Of a stretch of 64,000 nt of DNA, positions 49,941-61,514 are shown piece after piece. Position numbers and translations under genes: made by a program. The DNA is from Cyanophora paradoxa CCMP329. Taxonomy: Eukaryota; Plantae; Glaucophyta. The notes beneath the pieces were generated by a model that was not told where the DNA came from, made no database searches, and saw only the letters and a list, made by a program, of their open reading frames with translations. Each line of letters starts with the position of its first letter. The stretch's first letter is position 1. The stretch is taken from positions 186,001 through 250,000 of the forward strand of contig QPMI01000022.1 in assembly GCA_004431415.1 (NCBI GenBank). Reading direction: 5' to 3'.

Positions 49941-52900
49941 TTACTTGCGGGTCAAGGAGCTGGAATGCGGGACCGGGGCCTTGTGCACGGCCGCGGGAGC
50001 TGCGCGGGGGGCCGCATGGGCGGCGAGGGCCGGCCCCTTGGTCGGGCTGGTTGCGGCGACGGGTTTGGTCAGCGGGGCAGCGGCGGCTGGCTTGGCCGCG
50101 TGCGCCGTGAGGCTGCCCGGGACGGGCTTGGCAGCAGCCGCGGCAGCCGGCGCGGCGCCGGCAGCGGGCTTGGCGGCCGTGGCAGCGGCAGCCTTCCCGG
50201 CATCGGCGCCGGCCGAGCCCGAGAGCCACCACGAAGGGCGAGAGTTGGCGTCCGTGCGGAGCTCTCCGACGTGCTTGGGCGGCGCGACGCTGCGTGCGCG
50301 GGAGTCGTCAACATAATGTAATTTATATACGCTCCAAACAACCACATCTCGAGCTTATAATTATGATTTAGACGCACACGGGGGACGTTCCAAATATACG
50401 ATTAGACTTAATACACGCTCCAAAAGTTTAACAACCACATCGATATCTCGAGCTTATGATTAGGTGATAATATAATTCAATGTTAACGCACACGGGGGAC
50501 GTGACTTCGACGTGGTGCACGTTCTCGTCGGTGAAGAGGCCCTCCATCGAGAGGTAGCGGTCGCCCAGGTCGTAGTTGAACTGCCGGGCCGAGCGCGGTT
50601 ATTATTGGAACTTCGATTCGGATATCGCGAGCAATAAGAAAGCCGTGCACCGTCAGAACGGTGGCGCCCTCGGGAATCTCTGCGCAGCATGCAATCAATT
50701 TATCGTTTGGATATCGATCGATATATGCATGGGTCGGAATGTTTGACTCGGAGAGCAGAAGGCGGCCGCGGCCGCAGACCTTAGATCTAGATTGGGGATA
50801 AGCTATAAGATAATGGGGATCCAGATATTAATTTTAAGGATATAAGGCGGCCGCGGGCGGACCGGAGAGCTGGGTCGGAATGATTCGGTCGGAAAGCAGA
50901 CGACGGCCGCGGGCCCTAGATTTAGATTGGGATAAGCTATAAGATAATGGGGATCCTGATATCAATTTGCAATTTTGTATATAAGGATATAATTCTGCAT
51001 ATAAGGATATAATTCTAAGGCGGCCGCGGGCGGACCGGAGAGCTTCTTGTTGACAGCGGCGAGGGAGGCCCCCGTCGAGGCGCCCACGAAGAGGCCCTCC
51101 TCCCGGGCTGTCGACGTCGACGTCGGTCGGCGTGAACGCACCGCGATCAGTACATTAATACCTATCTGATATCTAATTATCTGATAGGAAGGGCGCACCG
51201 ACGCGGCGGCACATGTCGTAGGCCTCATCGTCAGTGACGTACTGATGATGAGATACCAGTCAGGGTAAGGTTCAAATTTATTTGAGAAATGCCATCATTT
51301 ATGTCGCGATCGCATATACGTATATAAGAGCGTGAACTGTGGCGCACGATAATGCCGTCGACCAGACCCTGCGCAAGTTCGAAAAATTAAGAGAAATAGA
51401 GACGTGGAATGCGGGCCTGAATTCATTAATGTAAAATCATCAATCGTTGCGCACGAGGTCGAGGTTCTTGGGGATGAACGCCCCGGCGCTCATGCCCTGG
51501 ATCTGCGCAGTATTGCAATTAGCCGGAGGGAGCTCGAGCCTCGGAGACGCAAAATTATGCCGATTGCGTATTCGAACAATATTCAAATTATTTATTAAAT
51601 ATCAATCGCGACATCGAAAACGAAATCAAACGCGCTCACGAAGTGGCCGACGTGCTCGCCGGGGGCGATCTTAGAGTCCGCGAACTGGACGGGGACCTTG
51701 TGCTTCGGGTCCGCCTCGTACGCCCTCGACTTGGACGCCGCTGAGCATAGGGGCGGAATATATCAGACAATTTTGTATACTTGACAGAAGGAGCTGTAAG
51801 CTTATATAATTAAAGCATGCGCACCAGTGCAGAAGATCTTGAGCTTGGGCCACTTCGCCTTCAGGACCTCAGCGACGCCCGTAATGTGGCCGCCCGATCC
51901 CGCTCCGGTAATGCTGCGCGCGATTATAAACAGAGATGATCACACTCGGGCGGAATTTCCGCTTGAATAATTATATATAAGACGCGAGCTCACATGTAGT
52001 CGACGCCGTTGGGGAAGTCCCGGAGGATTTCCTCGGCCGTGCCGAGGCGGTGGGCGCGGACGTTGTCCGGGTTCTCGAACTGGTTGGGCATCCACGCCTG
52101 CGGCCGCTGCTTCGTGATCTCGATCGCCCTGCGCGGAAAATGCCGCCCACGTCAAGAAAATATGTACAGCTAAAGACAGCAAGACGTTAATATTCGTGCA
52201 CCGGTACAGGGCTGCCATGACGCCTTGGTCCGCCGGCGTGACCTTCGAACGATCATGAAATCAAAACGAAAGTATACACGGAGTCATGACTCATTTGTAT
52301 TATTTAATCAGAAATTAATGCAGCTGCAGTTATTTACCTCGACGCGGGCGCCGTAGGCCGCCATAATGCGGCGACGCTCGACGGAGTAATATCCGGGGAT
52401 CACGAGCGTGAGCTGCGACGGAGTCCACGTCGACGTCAGCACTAGTATACATGCAATATTCAACTAATTTCAGCACGCACAGGGTAGCCCTTCAGGGCGG
52501 CGGTGATTGCGAGGCCGATCCCGTTGTTTCCTGCGTGAATAAAATCAGAGATCGAAGCCGGGCCGGGCGCGGGCGCGCGTGCCACATGTACAGGCATTTC
52601 GAATCAATTTAGTATAATTTGGCCACGAACCTGACGTCGGTTCAACGATTTCTGACACGCCGCGCTTGAGAACCCCTTTATCCTCGGCCCCCTGCCACGG
52701 GCGGACGCGGAACTCAGCAGGCAGTACGTATGGAGTGAACTTCGGAAGCGGCCGCATGTGCACCTGAATCATACTGTAGCCAATGCGATCCTTGATCGAA
52801 CCTTCGCGGAAAGAAATAAGTGCCACTGTAATTAACTCTGACCGCGAAAACAGTGCGAATCAAAGACTGCGCGAGCTCACCTCCGGGGTTGAAGCTGCGC

Positions 52901-53356
52901 AAGCGATCATTGCGAGCAGTGAGTGATTTTAATTTCACATTGAACGCCGCGCGTACTGCTAGCGCTGCCGCAGCACTAGCGCATCTTATTAAAAACAATT
53001 ACGCTCACCGCTCGCATTTGACGTACACGCGCTTCTTCGGATGGTTCGCGTACAAGTTGGCCAACCTGATCTCTGATATGCCGCAGGTCAGAGCGTGTCA
53101 CAGACCCGTCTGACGGTCAATGATCATGAGCCGCTGAGCGATCAACGACTTAAGCATGATTATGACCATTTACGTACACGTCTACTCAGACGTGCGCGCG
53201 CGTATACGTATACGTACCAGGGGTGTTCCCGATCGCCTCTGCGCGCGCGCGTGACGCGCCGTCAGCACAGCGCCGGCGATTGCGCGAGTTTAAGCTTTTT
53301 GACGTGAGCACGACGGGGCGCGCATGCGCACCCAGGACGGACTCGTAGCGCGGCAT
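49941..53356 (-). CDS. cysK: Cysteine synthase / O-acetylserine(thiol)lyase (PLP-dependent) with Ala/Pro/Lys-rich C-terminal extension
   Basis: [32 protein letters not shown] (PLP lysine), [87 protein letters not shown]. Confidence 0.93.
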
Positions 53357-53640
53357 GCCGAGGAATGTGGTCTAGAACTGCGCGGGCCCTCTAGATCTCG
53401 CTCGTGTGCCGCGGTGCGTACGACTACGGTTTGAGAATGCCGGCCTCGAGTCGACGTCAGCAGCAGCTCCAGCTGCAGGGGGCGCGCAGGCGATCTGCGT
53501 GCGCAGCTGCACGAAGGCGTGGACCGAAACGCAAGAGGCCGAGCTTGATCGCGCCGATGATCGGAGGATTCGGAGCTCGACTCTCGAAAGAGCGCGCGCC
53601 AAAAAAAATAGCCGGATCGCATGAAGCTGCTTGCGATTGC

Positions 53641-53785
53641 GGCAGCAGCAGCGCAGCAGCAGGCTAGCGGTAGCGCGCGCTGCCTGCTGGCAGCGCGCGA
53701 GCAGCAGAGCATCATCATCAGCAGCAGCACCCGCAGCGGCAACAAGCGCAGCAGCAACAGCAGCGGCGGCGGCAGCGGCGGCAGT
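53641..53785. repeat. CAG/GCA-rich degenerate trinucleotide tract between cysK and the pseudokinase
   Basis: Runs of gcagcagca and catcatcagcagcagc. Confidence 0.7.
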
Positions 53786-53932
53786 CGTTTCCTCCAGGCG
53801 CGCGCCCGACGCCGGTGTGCACAGTTAGACCAAAACCGACGCGTGGCGCGGCGCGCGCAGATTTAGAGCTGCTCGCTTCGTTCAGCGCGCACAGCCGAGA
53901 GTCCAAACGTCGACACGAGCGCGGGTGGAGCG

Positions 53933-56650
53933 ATGGTGCACGTGGTGATCCCGGCGGCAACGGCGGAGGGGCTCCCGCGGATCTCGTACGCGGAGCTGGA
54001 GGCGATCACCGCCGGATTCGCGCAGCGAGTGGCCGCCACGTTTTGCTCGGAGACGTACGACGGGTGCGCATGCGCCGCACAGTATTTATGGACGCGCGGG
54101 CGCCCCGCGGCCGCGACTGGCTATGGCGACGATCGCGAGCCTGGCCTGCACCGCCGCGGCGCGCGCGCTGCTGCAGCGGCGCCGGCCATATATATGCATG
54201 GCCAGCAAGCTATATGCTCATAATGATGCCCTTTGGCCTGGCCATGGGCGCGCGCAGCCGAATATACATACACCATATGCTCACGAATTCGAACGCGATC
54301 GCGATCGATAGGCTGGCGGGGCTCACGGATCCGGAGCTCGAGCCTCACAACGGCGGCTCGTCCGCCGGCGCCGGCGCCGGCGCCGATGCCGACGAGGCGA
54401 AATCCAAAGAGGCGCGCGTGCTGGTCAAGCGCCTCCTCGCCGAGACGGACGACGAGTTCCGCTGGATGGCAAGTGATCCTTGCATGTGCTTCAAGATCTG
54501 TTGATACTACTACTATGATAGTACTCTTGAGCTCTTGAACTGGATCTTAATTACATGCCGGCAGGTCGCGATCTACGACCGCCTGGCGGCGCTGAGGGCC
54601 TCGGACCCGCGCGCGGCCCGCGAGTTCCAGGGGCTCGCCCTCCCCGTCGCCGTCTGCCCCCGCTCCTCGAGCTCCGAGGGCGGGCCCGGGGCCGACGGCA
54701 CCGAAGCCGGCACTGACGCCGGCGCGACTTGTGCCCCGGTAAGGAATTTATATTAAATTCGATCGCGAGCTCGTTTTCGCGGCCTAGGCCTGCCCCGTTC
54801 GATTTGATTTGATTTGATTTGATCTGATCTGATCTGATTTGAATTTCGCAGCACCGCTGCCTGGTCTTCCGGCGGCGCCCCGAGACGCTCGCGGGCCTCC
54901 TGGCGCGGGCCGAGAAGGGCCCAACGGCCCTGGACGTCCCCTGGCACGACCTCGCCGCCGCCCTCCACGACGCCGCCCAGGCGAGCGAGCCCGAGCGAGC
55001 CCGGATCTAATTCCGGATCTATTTATAGATCTGGATCGAATCTGAATTGATCGCCTCAGGCGGTGGCGTCGCTGCGGGCGCTGCCCTTCCCCGTCCCCGT
55101 CGTGAGCCTCAACGTGAAGCCCTCCAACTTCCTCGTCGAGCCCGACGGCCGCCTCGTCCTCGGTGCGCTAATTATATAATCATGCTAACATCAAGCTAAG
55201 ATCTCCAGGTTCATAACTCACCGCAAATCCGATCCTGTATTATGCACATGACTTCGACTCGTGTGAGAAATTTAAGCTTGCTTAGGCAATCAAACTTGAG
55301 ATCTAGAGGCCTCCGCGCCAGCGCCTTTGTCGGCTTCCTTCGATCGCGAGCCCTTTCAATCCGCCTCCCTGCATCTCGATCTGCCAGGCTGACGCCGAGT
55401 TCGAATGCAGCGGACTGGGCCGGCTCGTTCGCCGTCACGCGCCTCCTCTCCCGCGAGGGCCGCCTCCGCCCGGGCTCCGGGCCCTTCCTGGAGCCCGGGT
55501 TCGAACCCAACCGCGAGCCCAGGCGAGCGAGCGAGCGCGAGCTTTTCCTCACTGCTTTAATTTTCATAATTTAATCTAATTCTGCAGCCCGCTGGACGAC
55601 GTCTACGCCCTCGGAATCGTCATCCGCGCCGTCCTCCGCGCCTCCGCCGCCATCGCCGGTCCGCAACCTGATCCGAATCAATATTCGCGCCTCTCTTTAA
55701 GATCCGGATTTCTAAGATCTTAAGATCCCTTTAAGATAAGGTCTGCCACTCCATTCAAATATTCGCGCATCGAGTCCTACTTCTTCTCCTCAAGTTCGTC
55801 TGCTTAACATCTGATCATGAGCCGCGCAGGCGGCGGGTCCGGCTGGCCCCCCGAGGCGGTGCAGCAGCTGCACAGCGAGGCGGCCCAGTGCGCCTCCTCG
55901 GACCGCAGGGTACATGAAACTTGAGACTTGAGATTTATTTTTTTTGACTTGGGGGCAGGGGCGGCCGTACCCCGAGGACGTGGCGGCGCGCCTGCACGCC
56001 CTCCTGGCCCTCACGGGGGCGCCCACGGGAGCGCACAGCGACCTCTGCGGCGCCTGCGGCGTCCGGCCCCGCGGCGGCCTCCTCAAGTGAGCTTAAACTT
56101 AAGCTTCGACCAGACACACACCTTAACAACTTGAGCCTATATACGTCCCTGGCTGTATTATATATATGCCCCTGGCTTAACATATAAGCCTCATGCACAT
56201 TGGCCTCCTCAAGTGAGCTTAAGCTTAAGCTTCGACCAGACGGACACGTTGGCTTATATTATTATGTCCCTGGCTTAACGGGAGCTTGTAAATGTCCCTG
56301 GCTATATTATGCCTCTGGCTTAACGAATAAGCCTCATGATCATACACCTTGGCTTATACTTTTCTGCCCCCCGCAGGCCCTGCGGCCACGCAGCGACCTG
56401 CTTCCCATGCCTGCCGCGCTCCTCGGCCGGCGAGGGCGCCTGCCCCCTCTGCCTCGCCACCATCGACAGCGCCGAGCGGCTGGGCCCGGAGAGCGCGCCC
56501 CCGCCCCTCGACCTGCCCCACCTCGAGTTCTCCTCGAATTCGAGTTCAGCGATCTCGAGCTCGGCCTCGCTCGCGAGGTCGAGCTCGAGCCCAGAGGAGG
56601 CCGCCGCCGACCGGCACGTGGCGGCCGCCCGAACCCTCGCCGTCGTGTAG
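53933..56650 (+). CDS. RLK/Pelle(IRAK)-like pseudokinase with C-terminal C3HC4 RING finger
   Basis: RISYAELEAITAGF, VLVKRL, PW..LA, VVSLNVKPSNFLV (HRD replaced), ADW (DFG position), DDVYALGIVI, GWP..A..L...A.QC...R..RP. RING: CGAC..RPR..LL.PCGH..TCFPC......CPLC. Confidence 0.75.
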
Positions 56651-57382
56651 CCCCTATAGGAACTCGGAAATTTTAAAATGCTTTAATTTGTACATGAAGG
56701 CTTCGGCATGCTTTGTACATGACGTCTCGAGCTCCGAAGCCCAGTAGGCTGCAGCGTGGCTTTTCGGAAGCAGTCACTATGGCTTGCAATTGACTGTTTT
56801 TCAAGTTTCTTCGCGCATCGAACTCGGGAATGTTTAATTTATAAAAGCTATTTACATGAAGGCTTTGTAAAAACGAATCTGAGATTTGTGGCGCCGGCAT
56901 GCTTCGCCGAGTCGAAGACAAAGTCTAGGGTAGGCTGCAGCTGGCTTTTTATATAATTAGAAAGCATGACTGGCACTACGTATACGTATACGTATACAGC
57001 TAAGTCAATCGCAATCGCAACTCGCGATCGGGAAGATGTAGAAGTTAGAAGTGAACTTGGAGTGCGCCTTTGTGTATATTTTACAGTTCTGGCGCTGTTC
57101 TATCTGCTCTCCTATTCAGAAGAAGACCAATAAATTACATCATACTTCGAGGGGCTTGGGTGCGATACCGACGAGGGCGCGACAGCAGCGAATCTGCAGC
57201 TGACAACTTCCTGCTGCAGTAGGGTGTAGGGGGAAGGAAGACTCTCGGGAGAAGACCGCCAAAATCAAAGCTGCCTGCCTGGCTACCTACATCTATCACG
57301 CAGCGCCGTGCACGGGCCCGGGGCCCCACAGATCCCTTCGGAAGCCCGGATTCCGGGCCGTGTCTCAACCTATGGCCAGCCG

Positions 57383-59262
57383 TCACGCGCCCTGGGCCGG
57401 CTGCGGGGCCCGCCCCGTGCTGTAGTGGTCGATCTGCACCTCCTCCCCGTAGTTCGCGTAGTCACCCGCGTACCTGGGTACGCGATTTGAGTGAGTGGAG
57501 GAAAGGGTACCCCCCCTCAGCGTCGGGTTCGCGCACCGCTTCCGCCGGTAGTCGCCCCAGTTGATGGGCTTGTACCGCGGCTCGTCGGCGGGGGTAAGGC
57601 CCAGCGGGGCGACGTCCACCCCGTACCCCTGACAGAAGAAGTGAGTCTCGGAGGGGGTACCCAGTGCTGGCTTGACGGGCGGGGTACCGGGTTGTAGAAG
57701 AAGGGCGCGGAGTAGCGCTCCTGGGACTCGTTCGCCTTGACGCGGTGCTCCGCGGCGTAGAAGCGCCCGTTGCTCCACACCTGGGGTACAGCGCATCAGG
57801 GGGTGCAAGGGAGAGGGGGGTACACGCGCGCTCGCCTGCGTCATGTCGCCGATGTTGATGACGTAGGCGCCGCGGACGGGGGGTATGGAGACCCAGCGGT
57901 CCGTGTGCCGCAGGCGGACCTGTAGGCTCGCCGGCCCGTCGTCGTCCTGCGAGAAGCCCCGGCTCAGATCAGATCAGATCAGATCAGATCGAATCTGAGC
58001 CGCCTCGCCTGCTTGAGGATGGTAAGCGACCCCGCATCGCTGTGGCGCCCCACGCTGAAGTGCTTCTCCGGCTGCGGGCACACCGGGTAGTCTGGGGGGT
58101 ACGTCAGTCCGGTCCGGTCCGGGGGGGGGGGGGGGGGGGGCGGACAGTTCAGTCGGAGGAACGAAGTGTGGTCCTTGAAAGGGGCCTCGAAGGCGCTCGC
58201 GTCGAGCCCTGCGACGGGGAGGGGAGGGTACGTGAAAGGAAGTGCGGGGCGGGGGGGTACCGGCGCGGACCGAGGGCCATCGCGATCGCGCGCATGAGAA
58301 CGGCCGCGAGCCGCTCCATTGTCTCAAAGTACGACTCTGCCCGGGTACGGAACTCCGGGAAGTCCGCCGGCCACTGGGGGGTACATGAGGGACGCGCAGG
58401 GGGTACCGTCTGATGTGTACGGGGGTACCAGGTTCTGGCCGTCGACGTGCTTCGTCGCGGCCCCCGGGCGCCCGTAATCGAATCCTGCGGGCCCGCTTGC
58501 TCACCCCCGGGGGTACAGTGCACGCGGGGTGGGGCGGAGGGGGTTACCCTGCTTCCAGTCGCGCGCCTGATCGCGGCCGCGGGTCAGAGAGACCGGGATA
58601 CTCGAAGGAGCGCGGCCGCACCTGCTTCGTGAGCTCGTCATCGTACCAACCCCGCGCGTTCCCCTTCGTCCTCTTGATCGCCTGGAAATTACAGGGGATC
58701 AAATGTTCGAACTTGACAAATCCGGGGACAAGCGCACCTTCTTCTTCTCTGTCGGAAGGGCGAAGAAAGCGCGGCTGATCTTCTCGAACGCGTCGATTTC
58801 CTGCTGCGGGACGCCGTGATTTACGATCTGGAAGAACCTGCGGCGCGCAGACAAGCGTGCGTCTGAATACAAGAGAACTGATCTCGCGTGGGAGCTACAT
58901 GCGCACCCCCATTTCTCGCAGGCGCTCTTGATCTGTCGCACGACCTCTTTGACAGCCGCGTCGTCCGCGGGGCTCTTCAGCAGCGGGGAAATGTCGATGA
59001 TAGGAACGCCCTGCATGCATTGCGTCAGCGCGATGGACGGCGAAGCGCACTCCGCGCGCCCGCGCACCTTGAGCACATCGGCGGCCTGCTCCTTCGTGAG
59101 CTCCTGCCCCGTGTGCTTCGCTCGGAGCGGCAGGCCGATGAGCGACCGCACGCGGTCTGAGCGGTTCACGGCGAGGGCCGCGATGCCGGCGAGCGCCGCA
59201 AGGCCGACGGCAGCTGCAGCGCTGGCGCGGGCTGCGAGGGGCTGGAGGTTCGGGGCTGGCAT
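57383..59262 (-). CDS. 2-oxoglutarate/Fe(II) dioxygenase (IPNS/DIOX_N family) with N-terminal membrane anchor
   Basis: VPIIDIS, ACEKWGFFQIVNHGV, FFALP.E.K, GWYD.ELTK, QWP, HSDAG.LTIL.QD (HxD), GAYVINIGDM.QVWSNGRF.A.EHRV, ERYSAPFFYNP. Confidence 0.92.
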
Positions 59263-60643
59263 CGCGCTCCTCGAGACGGTTCGGGGATGACGCGACCGCG
59301 GCGGGGCGATGTACGTGCAAGCGTACGGGGCGTACGCGTACGAGAGGGGCTCGTCGCAGGTTCCGCGACCGGGCTCACGAAGATTCTCAGGCGAATGTCG
59401 CTCAGTCGATGGCCGCGCTTCAACGACGCTTGGTGGGCTGGCGGCACCTACAGGCTACCGCTCTGCGCTGACGTTGAGGTGCTGACGTCTGCTTGGCGCA
59501 AGCGCCCCTTGAACGCCTGAAGGGGAGAGGTTCTGCGTCACTCACAGACTGCGTGAAGGTGAGGGGTACCGCGCTCATTTTGCGATCAAATTCGAGCGCC
59601 TACGTCGACGCCGGACAGCTACGTGTACGCGTACGTATTCGAATTCTAGATCTGTATAGTGCACGCCCGCGGCGCACTTGCATGAATTAGACCTGCATGC
59701 AGCTAAAGTTAACGCATGCGCATGCGCTGAGCCCTCGGATCATCTGATGATCGCCGAGTCGGATCCCTATAGCTACTACTCAGGCTATATATATATATAT
59801 ATATCTATAGCTAGCACCGGCGCGCGCGCTCATGATCAGCGGCTCACCGAGTACGTCAGCGACCGGGGCCGCGGCTCGCGGCATGCGCATCCGATGATCA
59901 TGGCATGCATACATGGTCGCTGCCGCATGCGCAGTGCGCGGCCCGGCGGCTCGCGGCCGCCGGGCATGCGCATGCGCTGCACTGCGCACGCTTCACTAGC
60001 GCTATGCATATGCTAGCGCTAGATATATCATAGTATAGGCGTCGCCGCCGGCCGCAGGTGCATGCATTATGGCGCGCGGTCGCAATGGAATTCGAATGTC
60101 GAATGTCGCGACTCAGTGACTCGCGAATGTTCCATGCATACACACATACCAACGTCAAAATTACCTAAACACTGCGGTGCGCGCAGCCGATCCTGACCTA
60201 GATTAGTTGACACTGCAAAAGAGAGAGAGAGGCCGGGGCCAAGGCACTCGTTGATATCTTATGGATGCAGCAGGATTCGAAAAGGGATCTCAAGAACGCA
60301 GACGGGAATGACGAGCTAGCTATAGAGTCCTGTACAGCTGCTGGGGCTCTACAAATGGAAGGAATATGTGACAGAGCATCGAATAGCTGGCTCCGTGCCT
60401 GAAGACTGGTATGGCAAGGCATTCTGATCTTACTTTCTATGATACATCGAGCTCGCTACGGAAAGCTGGTCGAAAGGGAAAATCAAATGACTTCTCTCGT
60501 GCTACGCTCAGCAGGCGGAGGAAAGCAAGGCTAGGGGGCACCGACATAAAGAAGAAGAAAGAAAGAGAGGGGCAGGTGGGCGAAAGGGCCGGCGCCGGCG
60601 CCGGCGCCCCCCGGGTCGCCGACTCGCCAACCAACTCGCTCGC

Positions 60644-61479
60644 TCACTTGGTCGCGTTCTTGGCGAGGCCAAGGAGCGCGGCGCGCCGGGCCTTCTCCGC
60701 CTCGCGCTTGGAGGCCTTGGCGCGGCGCATGATCTCGAGCTTGCAGAGCGTCGACTTCATGATGTCCACGACCTCGGCCTGCTGCAGGGCGTCCAGCTTG
60801 CCGCCCTTGACCGACGTGCCGACCACGATCCGGTCGAAGACCTGAAGGCCGTCAGCGAGGGGGGAAGGAAGCGGGGGGGGAGGGGAGGGGGGGAGGGGAG
60901 GGGAGGGGGTAGACCTGGCCGCCCCAGTCCGTCGAGACCTCGGCGCTGTTCACGTGGTACCCCGCCTCGTTCTGGGCAGACAGACGACGAAGGATAAGAA
61001 AGGGAAGAAGGCCAAAGGACGGGAGGGAAAGGGAAAGGGAAGGAAGAGGCGCACGAGGGCGTGGGTGACTTCGAAGAGGAGGTAGTCGCGGTCCGGGCAC
61101 CGCAGCTCGATGACGTTCCACGCGATGTCCTAAGGAACCGTAAGCTCGAGCTCAAGCTTGGCGGCCTGTTCTACTGAGCTTATGTTCTTTAAGTTGTATA
61201 ATTGAGCTTATGTACTTAGCGACCCGTTTCTAGTTCTTTAAGCCGCGTTCCACGCGATGTCCGCCCGAGCCACGCTAAGGAGTGTCTCGGGCTAGGCTTT
61301 AGCTCGCGGGAAAGAATCCACCGCCGCCCCTCGCCAAGGCCCATTCCAGCCTGGCTACAGCATTCGCACGCCCCGCCCCGCCGGCCGCACCTCCTCGTGA
61401 TCAGCGATCACGACCGAGTTGCCCAGCAACTCACAGTCGAAATCCTCGATCGCTACCTGCGACAGCACGGACTCCGCTG

Positions 61480-61514
<35 letters not shown>

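Noticed and set aside
49941-50345. Stand-alone Ala/Pro/Lys-rich gene
   Set aside because: Better explained as the in-phase last exon of cysK.
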